Assembly: GCA_944323665.1 (NCBI GenBank)
Contig: CALUTN010000183.1
Location: 2,619-66,618, forward strand
Source of the DNA: Candidatus Gastranaerophilales bacterium
GTDB lineage: Bacteria > Cyanobacteriota > Vampirovibrionia > Gastranaerophilales > Gastranaerophilaceae
Direction: 5' to 3'
DNA: 64,000 nucleotides
Under the pieces are notes generated by a model, which did not search any database, was not told where the DNA came from, and worked only from the letters and a program-made list of their open reading frames with translations. Both the position numbers and the translations under genes were made by a program. The first letter of the stretch is position 1. Each line of letters opens with the position of its first letter. Of this stretch, positions 39,513-49,370 are shown piece by piece.

Positions 39513-39674
39513 CACTGTTTCGACATTTTCAGTCTAAATGCCAGTATTACTAGCTGTTAAAATAGTAACACGTCTAGTGGTGATGCAATCTAGTCGTGCC
39601 ATACGGTCAGAATGGTCGGTATCCACCGTGAAGGATTATCCCTGGGTAGCGGATATAAATTAGCTACCAAATAT

Positions 39675-39747
39675 CGTTGGGTGATAGCAGTGGTAGCTAG
39701 CTAGGCTCATAACCTAGAGGTCGGTGGTTCGAATCCATCCCCAGCAA
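39675..39747 (+). tRNA. tRNA-Met(CAU), initiator-like, with a C1xA72 mismatch
   Basis: Anticodon stem CTAGG/CCTAG with loop CTCATAA. T-arm GGTGG-TTCGAAT-CCATC. Acceptor CGTTGGG/CCCAGCA pairs 6 of 7, leaving position 1 (C) unpaired opposite A72. Three nucleotides lie between the acceptor and the D-stem. Confidence 0.5.
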
Positions 39748-40008
39748 CAATTCCTTCTTCTGCTTTATTTAGATTTTTAATTATTAACTTAAAACTTAAA
39801 ATTTTATGAAAAAGGTAATTAATTTTATGAAAAGAGCAAGTAAAGAGTATTTTAATCGAGTTTCAAAGAGTTGTTATTTAACTCCTACTGGATGTGTTCC
39901 ATTTAGAATTGATTAAAATGCAAAAGAAGTAAGTAAGTACCAAAGGGGTACTTACAGATGTAGAGGATAATATTAGAGTAAAGTTTAAGTAGTTAGAATA
40001 AATAATTT

Positions 40009-40093
40009 GTACGGATAGTCAAGTGGCCGAAGACAATAGACTGTTAATCTATCGTGAGAAATCCCATCGCAGGTTCGAATCCTACCATACCCA
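40009..40093 (+). pseudogene. Class-II (Tyr-like) tRNA-like gene with anticodon GUU and non-complementary acceptor strands
   Basis: D-arm GTC-AAGTGGCCGAA-GAC. Anticodon stem ATAGA/TCTAT with loop CTGTTAA. Long variable region. T-arm GCAGG-TTCGAAT-CCTAC. The 5' GTACGGA does not pair with the 3' CATACCC. Confidence 0.35.
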
Positions 40094-40245
40094 CAAAATC
40101 TGTTCCGAGTTTAAGTTGAAGCCAGACTTGGCGAGGCATAGGTAAATGCTGATGATAAAAACTTATCTGGTGTGATTAGGTGGCAGAATCCTAATCGTGG
40201 ACATTTTAGCAAGTATTCACCAATTAAAAAGAAAATTTGTAACAT

Positions 40246-40318
40246 GGGCCGTTAGCATAAATGGATAATGCACTAGATTTGCAATCTGGAAGATAGAGTT
40301 CGAGTCTCTGCGTGTCCA
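40246..40318 (+). pseudogene. tRNA-Ala(UGC)-like gene with a largely non-complementary acceptor stem
   Basis: D-arm GCAT-AAATGGATA-ATGC. Anticodon stem CTAGA/TCTGG with loop TTTGCAA. T-arm TAGAG-TTCGAGT-CTCTG. The 5' GGGCCGT versus 3' CGTGTCC gives only 4 of 7 pairs. Confidence 0.35.
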
Positions 40319-40468
40319 CAAAATAGATTTGGAAATAAATTTTAAAATTTAATTATATGCAAACATTTTTATTTAGTTTTATTACTTTTACTGGTATAAT
40401 AAGCAATTTTTCAATACTTAAAAATAAAGGGTTATAATAAAAAAAATTATATAATAGATTAAAACAAT

Positions 40469-41152
40469 ATGACTAGATTAGAAAAGTATTTACAAACTTC
40501 AGCAGACAGTATTATTTATGCAGAAACAACAGAATCAATTTATTTTGTAGTTGGGAATGTAAAAATTAGAGTATCTGACCACTTTAGTAAAAATACTGAT
40601 GCTGACTTACAGGTAGTAATTCCTTTTAATGGCGGAACCAAATATATGGTAACTATTAGAGATGGTAATGGAAAAATGCTATTGTGGAATGCTCAACAAA
40701 TTAAAGATTTTATTTCTCCATTATCTATTATAAAATCTTTAAAAGAACCTATACAAAAAGGTTCTTCTAATGGACAAGAAACTGCCGTACACAAAATACA
40801 GAGAGCATTAAATAGCAGTTCTTCTGAAAATACATTAAAATTTAATGGAAATTTAATAAAATCTAAAGTAAAGACAAAAATATGCACTTCCCTACAGATA
40901 TCTGTATTAGGAAAGAAAAAATCAACCTGGAATATTCAAGAAATAAGTGCTTTATCCTCTTTATTTAAACAAGAATTTGGTACTGGAAGTATTAATGAAG
41001 ATATTCAAATTTTCCTAACGTGTACTTCTATTTCTTATGAAGAAATTCTCAATATTTATAAAATAATTGTAATAGATAATAAAGAAAAACCAACAATAAG
41101 TCTATTACAAGAAGCTTACAGATTAATTTCTGATTGCCTCAGTAACCAATAA
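40469..41152 (+). CDS. Hypothetical protein (227 aa)
   Basis: Track ORF. Confidence 0.45.
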   Translation: MTRLEKYLQTSADSIIYAETTESIYFVVGNVKIRVSDHFSKNTDADLQVVIPFNGGTKYMVTIRDGNGKMLLWNAQQIKDFISPLSIIKSLKEPIQKGSSNGQETAVHKIQRALNSSSSENTLKFNGNLIKSKVKTKICTSLQISVLGKKKSTWNIQEISALSSLFKQEFGTGSINEDIQIFLTCTSISYEEILNIYKIIVIDNKEKPTISLLQEAYRLISDCLSNQ

Positions 41153-41358
41153 AGTTGCTGAGGTATTTTTGTATTATAACTTATGATAGAATCTACTTTA
41201 AAAACTATTATTAAGGTTTTAAAAGAACATGATAATGAATATTTAGAAGAAATAAAGAGATTACAAAATAAAATAGATGGTTATGAAAAGGAAAGAGAAT
41301 TAATTATTAAAGCTTTAAAAGAAAATAAAATTAATAACTTAAAATGGTATTTTAATAT

Positions 41359-41880
41359 ATGAAAATTAGAGGAGTAATTTTAATTATTAGCATTATTATG
41401 GGATTATTTATAGGATATTCATCCCATCATTGGATTCATCAATATAGATATCAAGATGAATCAGTAACACTTCTTCCTGAACACCCTTTTTATCTTTTAG
41501 AAGATGTAAATGAGGAAGTATTGTATAACACTTTAAAACATTATAATTTTCCTAATCCGGCTATTATTACTGCTCAGGCAATAATTGAATCTGGAAATTT
41601 TAAATCTAGATTATGCATAGAAAATTATAATTTATTTGGATTATATAATTCAAATAAAATGGAATATTTTAAATTTGATAGTTGGATTAGTTGTGTATTT
41701 GCGTATAAAAGATACATACTAAATAAATATGAAGAAGGGGAAGATTATTATGGATTCTTACAAAGAATAAATTATGCGGAGGATCCAGAATATATAAGTA
41801 AGGTAAAAACTCTAGAAAATAAAATACTTAAAAAATATGAAACTAAAGAAAAATCCCATCCTTTGTCAGGAGGAGATTAA
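41359..41880 (+). CDS. Peptidoglycan hydrolase, GH73 / FlgJ-type N-acetylglucosaminidase domain with an N-terminal signal-anchor (candidate endolysin or virion lysin)
   Basis: N-terminal transmembrane segment MKIRGVILIISIIMGLFIGY. The motif ITAQAIIESGNFKSRLCIENYNLFGLY plus downstream aromatic-rich segment match the glucosaminidase family (AQAxLESGWG...NNLFGIK). Confidence 0.55.
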   Translation: MKIRGVILIISIIMGLFIGYSSHHWIHQYRYQDESVTLLPEHPFYLLEDVNEEVLYNTLKHYNFPNPAIITAQAIIESGNFKSRLCIENYNLFGLYNSNKMEYFKFDSWISCVFAYKRYILNKYEEGEDYYGFLQRINYAEDPEYISKVKTLENKILKKYETKEKSHPLSGGD

Positions 41881-42025
41881 TGAAATTATGGGAATGTTCA
41901 CAGAACATTTTGAGTATTCAATAAAGAATATTAATTCTTATGAAGAATTAACTAAAGAGGAAAAAGAAATTATACCTAAATGGTTATTTAATAAAATTAC
42001 TGAATAATTTTTAATAAAAAAAACT

Positions 42026-44032
42026 ATGGCATTTATAGATTTTAAAAAAGATGTAGAAGTTGCATTTAACAACATGATTAGTGATAACCTTTTTGTAGTT
42101 GATGTAGATAAAGATTTGCTTTGGATGGCTTATCTTCTCTCATTTGACGATCCAGTTGAGAGACAAGAACATAATTGCAATGCTTGTAAATCTTTTATTA
42201 GACATTATGGAAAAGTGGTTGCCATTGATCCAGTAACCTATGAAACTAAAACTTTCTGGGATAATGTTCATACTCCTGGATTTGAGAAATCTGCTCAAGA
42301 AATAGCTAAACTTGTTAAGCAAGCTTCTATAAGGGATATCTTTGTACAAGATGTGAACGAATTTCATGGCTGCGATCATAATGTTCAATTACTTCCTGAT
42401 GGAACTACAAGAACTTGGCATCATCTTTATGTAAATATTCCAGAAAGATTTAAATTTAATATGAGGAATTTTAATTTTGCTTCTGCATCAAGTTACAGAG
42501 GAGATGTGAGAGCAAGAAAAGAAGTTCTTGAACGTTCTATTAGAGAACTTACAGATGAATCGGTAGAAACAGTTATTGACTTAATTGAAGATAATTCTCT
42601 ATATCGCGGTGCTGAATTTCTCAAAGGACTTCAAGAATTTTTGAGAATTAAGAAATCTGCCCCAACTTCTAATCTTTCTAATTACTGTTGGTTAAATTAT
42701 AAGTCTCAAGTAGCTAAAATCAGAAATACAGCTATGGGAACTTTACTTATTAACTTAAGTGAAGGAATGGATCTTGAAAGAGCTGTAAGAGCTTATGAAA
42801 CTATTATGGCTCCTTCTAACTATAAGAGACCTACTGCATTAATTACTAAGAAACAAATTGAAGCTGCTCAGAAAACAGTTGAAGAATTAGGACTTACTAA
42901 TGCACTTCCTCGTCGTCATGCTAGAGTAGAAGATATTTCTGTAAATGATGTATTGTTTGTAAACAGAGATACTAAAGCTAAGATGAAGGGAGGAATGTTT
43001 GAGACATTAATGTCTGAAACTACAGTTAATCCTAAGACATTTACTAAAGCTGAAGAAGTATCTGTAGATAAATTCTTGAAAGATATTCTTCCTGGTTCTA
43101 CTGATGTTTCTATTTTAGTTGAGAATAGACATATTTCTAACTTTGTAACATTAACTGCTCCAGAAAATCCAGATGCAGGACACTTATTTAAGTGGAATAA
43201 TAACTTTGCATGGGTTTATAATGGTTCACTTGCTGACTCATTTAAAGAGAAAGTTAAAGCTGCTGGAGGTAATGTTAATGGATTTATGCGTGTTTCTCTT
43301 CATTGGTTTAACTATGATGATCTTGATCTTCATGTAACAGAACCTAATGGACAAGAAATTTACTACTTTAATAAAACAGGTTATACTGGTGGAGTTCTTG
43401 ATGTTGACATGAATGCTGGTAAAGGAAAAACTAGAGATGCTGTAGAAAATATTATATGGACTAATCCTAATAGACTTACATCTGGAGAATATTTAGTTAG
43501 AGTTCATAATTTTTGCAAAAGAGAAACTATAGATGTAGGTTTTGAAATAGAAATTGAAATCAATGGGGAACTTCATAAATTTAACTATGATGATAAAGTA
43601 TTAGATAAAGAGTTTATTGAGGTTGCTACCATTAAAGTAAGTGCTAACAGGAATATTTCTTTGAAGCCTATTATTCCAGAGGGAGTTACTTCAGTTAAAT
43701 CTACTAAGGAATGGAATATTGATACTATGAAGTTCCAGAAAGTATCTTGTATTATGTTCTCACCTAATTATTGGAAGGGAAATGAAGTAGGTAATAAACA
43801 CTTGTTCTTTATGATTGAAGGATGTAAGAATCCTGATCCTGTAAGAGGTTTCTTTAATGAATATCTAAGAAGTGACCTAGAAAGAGATCATAGAAGAGTG
43901 TTTGAAGCATTAGCTTCTAGAGCTAAAACAGAGTATAGTGATGATCAGCTTAGTGGCTTGGGATTTTCTCTTACTCAATCTAATGACGTGATTGTTAAAG
44001 TTAATAATAAACCTTTTAAAATTAAATTTTAA
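42026..44032 (+). CDS. Large hypothetical protein (668 aa) with an N-terminal Cys cluster (HNCNACKSFIRHYG)
   Basis: Track ORF. No family recognised by eye. Confidence 0.5.
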   Translation: MAFIDFKKDVEVAFNNMISDNLFVVDVDKDLLWMAYLLSFDDPVERQEHNCNACKSFIRHYGKVVAIDPVTYETKTFWDNVHTPGFEKSAQEIAKLVKQASIRDIFVQDVNEFHGCDHNVQLLPDGTTRTWHHLYVNIPERFKFNMRNFNFASASSYRGDVRARKEVLERSIRELTDESVETVIDLIEDNSLYRGAEFLKGLQEFLRIKKSAPTSNLSNYCWLNYKSQVAKIRNTAMGTLLINLSEGMDLERAVRAYETIMAPSNYKRPTALITKKQIEAAQKTVEELGLTNALPRRHARVEDISVNDVLFVNRDTKAKMKGGMFETLMSETTVNPKTFTKAEEVSVDKFLKDILPGSTDVSILVENRHISNFVTLTAPENPDAGHLFKWNNNFAWVYNGSLADSFKEKVKAAGGNVNGFMRVSLHWFNYDDLDLHVTEPNGQEIYYFNKTGYTGGVLDVDMNAGKGKTRDAVENIIWTNPNRLTSGEYLVRVHNFCKRETIDVGFEIEIEINGELHKFNYDDKVLDKEFIEVATIKVSANRNISLKPIIPEGVTSVKSTKEWNIDTMKFQKVSCIMFSPNYWKGNEVGNKHLFFMIEGCKNPDPVRGFFNEYLRSDLERDHRRVFEALASRAKTEYSDDQLSGLGFSLTQSNDVIVKVNNKPFKIKF

Positions 44033-44034
44033 TT

Positions 44035-44409
44035 ATGTACAAAGTAGCATCTAAAATGAAGTTGCGTTTTGCAACAAGTAAAGGAAATCTGAGTGTAGAA
44101 GATTTGTGGGATTTGAATCTTGTAACTCTTGACAAGCTAGCAATAGCTATAGATGAAGAACTCTCTAAGAGTCCTAGAAAGTCTTTTATTGCTGAAACTA
44201 CTCCTGAAAATGAAGTAGCAAAGCTTAAACTTGATATCTTAAAAGATATTATAAAGACTAAAATGGAAGAAAAAGCTAAGAAAGAATCTGAAAAGCAGAG
44301 ACTCTCTGAGAAAAATAAATTGCTTGAAATTCTTGCTCGTAAAGAACAAGCTAACTTGGAGAATCTTTCTGAAGAAGAACTTCGTAAAAGAATTGCTGAA
44401 TTGGGATGA
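44035..44409 (+). CDS. Coiled-coil protein (124 aa)
   Basis: Track ORF rich in charged residues. Confidence 0.4.
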   Translation: MYKVASKMKLRFATSKGNLSVEDLWDLNLVTLDKLAIAIDEELSKSPRKSFIAETTPENEVAKLKLDILKDIIKTKMEEKAKKESEKQRLSEKNKLLEILARKEQANLENLSEEELRKRIAELG

Positions 44410-44807
44410 AAAAGTTTATTTTAGTTATTATGTTTGGGCTACTTCATTTTGGAGTAGCTCAAGCTCAACAAATTCAGTGGTATAAAGCTACTGAAATTTC
44501 CTATAAGTATATTTATAATGGAAAATGGACAAATTGGTCTGATTGGGAGAAAGTTAATATTAACATAAAAATGGATATAACTAATGATATTGTAGTTATA
44601 TACAGTAACGAACCGCAGGTATATAAAATAATTAAACAACTTCCTTCTCCATATGATTCTACTGGTTCTCAAATAAAATTTCAAATGATAGATCAGGATG
44701 CTGATATTGGAAATATAAGATTGAGAGTAGAAAATAATGGTAATTCTCAAATTTATATTGATTTTGCAGATATATCTTGGGTTTATAATGTGAGAAGAAT
44801 TAGATAA
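44406..44807 (+). CDS. Secreted protein with a signal peptide (133 aa)
   Basis: Track ORF. N-terminal MKKFILVIMFGLLHFGVAQA. Confidence 0.4.
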   Translation: MKKFILVIMFGLLHFGVAQAQQIQWYKATEISYKYIYNGKWTNWSDWEKVNINIKMDITNDIVVIYSNEPQVYKIIKQLPSPYDSTGSQIKFQMIDQDADIGNIRLRVENNGNSQIYIDFADISWVYNVRRIR

Positions 44808-44870
44808 CATTTTTTAACTTTTCTATTAATAATAAATATAATATAATAGACAGTAAAAGATTTACTGTTA

Positions 44871-44957
44871 GGCATAGTGGCGCAACTGGTTGAGACGCAC
44901 TAGACTTAGGATCTAGAAGAAGAAATTCTTGTATGGGTTCGAATCCCATCTATGCCA
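44871..44957 (+). tRNA. tRNA-Leu(UAG)
   Basis: Class II tRNA. Acceptor GGCATAG/CTATGCC is perfect. Anticodon stem CTAGA/TCTAG with loop CTTAGGA. Variable arm AAGAA...TTCTT. T-arm ATGGG-TTCGAAT-CCCAT. Confidence 0.7.
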
Positions 44958-44983
44958 CATTGTAACCAATAATAAGTAATACA

Positions 44984-45205
44984 ATGAAAGAAATTAGAGA
45001 AAGAATTGAAGCTAACAAAAAGCTTTTAAAACTTGTAGAAGAAGAATTGTGTAAAAATCCAGAGCTTAGATTTATTCAAGCATTATGGAATTTAGGAATT
45101 ATAGATTCTATTGAGGAAAATGATAATGGAACTAATCTACTAGAAATAGTAGATAGATTTTATGAAGAATCTAAAGATACTTTAAAAAGAATAAATAAAA
45201 TGTAA
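44984..45205 (+). CDS. Small hypothetical protein (73 aa)
   Basis: Track ORF. Confidence 0.35.
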   Translation: MKEIRERIEANKKLLKLVEEELCKNPELRFIQALWNLGIIDSIEENDNGTNLLEIVDRFYEESKDTLKRINKM

Positions 45206-45207
45206 AA

Positions 45208-45420
45208 ATGAATGATATTCAACTTTACAATTATTATTTATCAATAGAATTACCTTGTCCAATGTATAGAAGTTGGATATATCCAGATTATGTAGTAATA
45301 ACTGGATTAGCTTTTTGTTATCCTCATCCTTGCAGACATTTTACTTTTGAAGAATTTATAGAAAAGCTATATTCTGATAATGAATTTAGAAATTTATTAG
45401 AGGATGGAAAGATATATTAA
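45208..45420 (+). CDS. Small hypothetical protein (70 aa)
   Basis: Track ORF. Confidence 0.35.
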   Translation: MNDIQLYNYYLSIELPCPMYRSWIYPDYVVITGLAFCYPHPCRHFTFEEFIEKLYSDNEFRNLLEDGKIY

Positions 45421-45527
45421 AGAACTAGAAAAACTTTACAAAGAAAATATTCTAAAATCTGATATAGAGCAGGATTTACAGAAGGTCATGAAAGTGCTTT
45501 AAAACAATTAACGAAATTAGAAAAAAT

Positions 45528-46436
45528 ATGAATAACGTTTACTTTGGAGCAGAAGGGTTAAACTCTACTTCTGCAAACTATTATGCTAATGTAGCACAGG
45601 AAATGATTCAATCTATTTCAGAATCATTAAACAGTATAAAACTATATGAAACTTGTGTTTCATCTATTGATTCTCAGGCTTCAAAACTTATGTCTAAAGG
45701 ATGGACTTCTCTTGACTCCATCAAGACTGGTCTTGAACAGATAGCAAAAATGAATGCTTTCTGTGCTTGGGTAAGAGAAGCTATTAAAGAAAAAGATCTC
45801 CAACTTAATAAAGTAACTACTTTATCTTTGGAGACATGGATGATTCAGACTAACTATCCAGTTATGGAAGTTCCTAATAGACCTGAACCTCCTAGAGATC
45901 CAATAGAAGAAGATATTATCAATACTTGGGATATTAATAAAAGGAATAAATATCTTAAATTAGAAGCTTTTGCTTCTACTTATGGTAAATATATTCATCC
46001 TAAAGGAGCTTTCTCTAAAGCTAGAAAGGATCTACATAATGTAGAAAATAATCCTATTACTAAAGAAGGTTCTGGTAGAGATTTAGTTCTTTATTATTAT
46101 AATCCTACAGTTAATAGTTTTGATGTAGAGAAACTATTTTTTGAACTTCAAGAGGTTTATCGTTCTTATGAAAAAGAGCTAAATGCTATGAAAGCTGATC
46201 TTAAAGAAGAAGTAAATAAAGAAGTTCTTAAAAGGAATCGAGAATATAAAGAGCAATTAGATGCATATAATGCTGAATACGATAAATGGATGTCATATCG
46301 TAGAAATGCACAAGTTGCATATAATAACTGGATTACTTCTGAAAGAGAAAGAATCTCTAAACTAAAAATCGTATTGCCTTCTAATCTTCTTGATACATTT
46401 AAGGAGATTCAGAAGCAATGTGATTCTTCTAAGTAA
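45528..46436 (+). CDS. Hypothetical protein (302 aa)
   Basis: Track ORF. Confidence 0.5.
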   Translation: MNNVYFGAEGLNSTSANYYANVAQEMIQSISESLNSIKLYETCVSSIDSQASKLMSKGWTSLDSIKTGLEQIAKMNAFCAWVREAIKEKDLQLNKVTTLSLETWMIQTNYPVMEVPNRPEPPRDPIEEDIINTWDINKRNKYLKLEAFASTYGKYIHPKGAFSKARKDLHNVENNPITKEGSGRDLVLYYYNPTVNSFDVEKLFFELQEVYRSYEKELNAMKADLKEEVNKEVLKRNREYKEQLDAYNAEYDKWMSYRRNAQVAYNNWITSERERISKLKIVLPSNLLDTFKEIQKQCDSSK

Positions 46437-46795
46437 TTAGAAGTTTTCTGTAGGAAGCTAACAAAAAATTTAATTATAAAATGAAAGCAATATTATTTTT
46501 TGCAGAATTATAATCTGCTACTATACTCGCCGACTATACAAAAAAAAATAACTAATATGAGAAGTTATATTTCTCAAAATAGTCTTTATCCTTGTCTTTG
46601 CTAGTATAGTCGGGTCTTTGACTTAGTTTTTGCTTTTGTCTGCGTGTTAGCTTCCTACATATCTCGTCAACCATGTGTTGAAGGAGTTACGGAATCGTAA
46701 AATAATTCCTTATAAATATTGTGACGAAATTAAATAGACGTCGTATGAAAACTAAGGGACTTTTAATCCTGCTATTGAAAGTTAACGTAAAGTCG

Positions 46796-46864
46796 AATAA
46801 TAGATAGTAAAGCTCATATAGTGTGGCTATAGACACAATGTAGGTTTGAATCCTACCAATATTA
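46796..46864 (+). pseudogene. tRNA-like element with a clean T-arm (GTAGG-TTTGAAT-CCTAC) but a poorly paired acceptor and a non-canonical anticodon arm
   Basis: T-arm and 3' CAATATT-A are seen. The 5' AATAATA pairs 5 of 7. No 5-bp anticodon stem with a 7-nt loop could be found. Confidence 0.25.
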
Positions 46865-47164
46865 ATTATAAGAAATTATTCTATGATTCTTGCAAATATT
46901 ACACCGGGAGTGTAGAAATACAGGACTGTTGTAGTTACGATTGAGTAAGGGGTGAAACTTACTCTATTTAGTGCTTCAGTTACAAGTAATCTTTAAACTT
47001 GGTGACTATTATCCCAAATTCTCAACAAGAAGAAAAAGGAGGTTGGCCAACCTAATAATGGTACAAGCCTTAATTGGTAATAAAGAGTGGTGAAAGTATC
47101 TTTTGAAGCACAGATACAGTAACCACTCTTTTATTTTATTGTTTAACTTAATATTTTTTTAATT

Positions 47165-47353
47165 ATGAAAAGTTTTATTTTTGTTTTTATTTTTAGTACA
47201 GTAATGACTATGGTATCTTGTGGAAATAAAGTAAATAATGTAACTTCTAATGATTCTACTAAAGTTGATTCTATTAAAGTAGACTCTATTGAGATGGATT
47301 CAGTTCTAGAGGATTCCATATTGATGGATACTTCTATTTATAATATCCAATAA
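47165..47353 (+). CDS. Small lipoprotein or secreted protein (62 aa)
   Basis: Track ORF. Signal peptide with Cys (MVSCGNK). Confidence 0.35.
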   Translation: MKSFIFVFIFSTVMTMVSCGNKVNNVTSNDSTKVDSIKVDSIEMDSVLEDSILMDTSIYNIQ

Positions 47354-47354
47354 T

Positions 47355-47768
47355 ATGATTGACATTATTTTTAATGATTTATATTGTGAGGATATAATTG
47401 ATGATTTTGAAGAATTCGGAAGATGTGAAGGAAACTTCACTTTATCCGAATTTATTCAAGATGATTTTAGTAGAGCTTTTTGTTTGGGTTATTGTTATGA
47501 ACAGATAATAAAACAAAAATTATGGATTCCAGTATCAATAAGAAAAGAAATTAGACATCTTCCTGAAGAACTTGAATATTTTAACCCTCAGCTAAAATGG
47601 TTAAATGATAAATATAATGTAAAAGGCATTATAAAAATACAGGAATATGCCAAATTTATTTTAAATAATGTATTTTGTGATGATAAAGATACTTTATTAA
47701 AACTAGCAGTTATACTTGGGATAAATTTTAATAAAGCTCAAAATAAAACAATGAATGAAAGTACTTAA
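47355..47768 (+). CDS. Hypothetical protein (137 aa)
   Basis: Track ORF. Confidence 0.45.
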   Translation: MIDIIFNDLYCEDIIDDFEEFGRCEGNFTLSEFIQDDFSRAFCLGYCYEQIIKQKLWIPVSIRKEIRHLPEELEYFNPQLKWLNDKYNVKGIIKIQEYAKFILNNVFCDDKDTLLKLAVILGINFNKAQNKTMNEST

Positions 47769-48168
47769 AATATATACCGATGGAGCTTTTAGCCCATTAA
47801 AAAATATAGGAGGGATAGGTATAGTATTTGTACTAAATGACAAAAAAATCTATACTTATAATAAGAAAATAGAAAATACTACAAATAATAAGTGTGAGTT
47901 AATTGCTGTTATAACAGCTTTAAACGCAATAAGTAAACCAATCGATCAGGTTATTATTTATACTGATTCACAATATGTATTAGGATGTGCAATTAAAGGT
48001 TGGAAAAGAAAGAAGAATGTAGAATTGTGGAAAAAATACGATGAAATTTTAAATAAAGCTTCTTCTTTTTGCTCTAATATTACTTTTGAATGGGTAAAAG
48101 GGCATGATAAAAATGAATATAATAACTTAGCTGATAAATTAGCTGTAGAAGCATCTCAACTAGTATGA
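47755..48168 (+). CDS. rnhA: Ribonuclease H (RNase HI family)
   Basis: IYTDGAF...GGIGIVF...NNKCELIAVITAL...VIIYTDSQYV...W...VELW...ITFEWVKGHDKNEYNNLADKLA matches RNase HI catalytic motifs (D, E, D, H..D). Confidence 0.6.
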   Translation: MKVLKIYTDGAFSPLKNIGGIGIVFVLNDKKIYTYNKKIENTTNNKCELIAVITALNAISKPIDQVIIYTDSQYVLGCAIKGWKRKKNVELWKKYDEILNKASSFCSNITFEWVKGHDKNEYNNLADKLAVEASQLV

Positions 48169-48569
48169 AACTTAGAAAATGTAAATATAAAAATGTTGTT
48201 AAAGCTGCATTAGCTTTTAAGCCATGGGATTATGGATATGTACTTGATATAGAAAAGGAATCTTTTAAAAGATTAAAACAAGGTATGGTATCCCATATTG
48301 GGAGCGAAAGAGATGCAGAAAGAATACAACTAGCTATCAATCTTTTATCTATCATAAAGGAGGAAGATAGTAAATATGATCATATAAGAGATAAAATGCT
48401 TATTCATGTAAATAAGAAGAATTTTAAAAGATTCTTTATAGAAAAAGAATATCCTATTAGTGAATCTTTTTATAATTCTGAAATATTTAAATATAATCTT
48501 AGACAAGAAAAAGCATGGTGTCTTTATAATAAACTTAGATTATATCATATGAGAGAATGGTGGGACTAA
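48165..48569 (+). CDS. Hypothetical protein (134 aa)
   Basis: Track ORF. Confidence 0.45.
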   Translation: MKLRKCKYKNVVKAALAFKPWDYGYVLDIEKESFKRLKQGMVSHIGSERDAERIQLAINLLSIIKEEDSKYDHIRDKMLIHVNKKNFKRFFIEKEYPISESFYNSEIFKYNLRQEKAWCLYNKLRLYHMREWWD

Positions 48570-48702
48570 TTAAAATTTAAAGTTATGAAATATAAGAAAA
48601 TGAAACAATACCTTGCTCAGAAGCAAGCATGGTGGGACAAATTGCCTAAATCTGTTCAAGCTGCAACTATGAGACCTGGTTCAGTAAAAACTAGATAAAG
48701 TT

Positions 48703-48960
48703 ATGGAATTAAACGATATAGTTTCTGTAACTTTAACTAAATATGGGGCAGATTTTCTTAATTCTAAAAATAAAAAAGAAAGAAAAGAAAATTCTTATCT
48801 AAGAGAATTTTGTCCTAAAGAACTGGTAGAAAAGCTTCGTCCTATAGATTACCAAGAAGGAACCAAATTACAAGAATCCTTATGGATAATACTTAATTGG
48901 TTTGGAACATGTTTTAATATTGGAGACAATGTTCCTTTTACTAATTTACATACTGTTTAA
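48703..48960 (+). CDS. Hypothetical protein (85 aa)
   Basis: Track ORF. Confidence 0.4.
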   Translation: MELNDIVSVTLTKYGADFLNSKNKKERKENSYLREFCPKELVEKLRPIDYQEGTKLQESLWIILNWFGTCFNIGDNVPFTNLHTV

Positions 48961-49111
48961 TTATGGAAATATTTGTATTTTTAATTATATTAGTGATTTA
49001 TATTCGTTATGAACCTAGTATAGATTTTGCTGGCGATAAAATAATATTATGGTATAATGAAGGTAATGGAATAGATAAAAAACGTGTTTATAAAATTTTA
49101 TTTAGAGTAAA

Positions 49112-49369
49112 ATGATAGACTATTCTATTAATACATTACTGAAAAATGGTAGGAAAGTAACAGGATGTATAGGATTTCCTGAAGATCCTAAAGTATATAC
49201 AAATGCATGTAAATTCTGTGCTAATTTTGGAAATCATTCAGATAGTAGCAAGGGATGTTTAAAACCTTATGGTGGCACAGATTGTTATGTTTGGATAATT
49301 ATGCCTAATGGCGATGTGTTAGGAGCATGTGATAATTTTGAAATATTAATTAATTCTAATAATAAATAA
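49112..49369 (+). CDS. Small Cys-rich protein (85 aa)
   Basis: Track ORF. Confidence 0.4.
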   Translation: MIDYSINTLLKNGRKVTGCIGFPEDPKVYTNACKFCANFGNHSDSSKGCLKPYGGTDCYVWIIMPNGDVLGACDNFEILINSNNK

Positions 49370-49370
49370 A

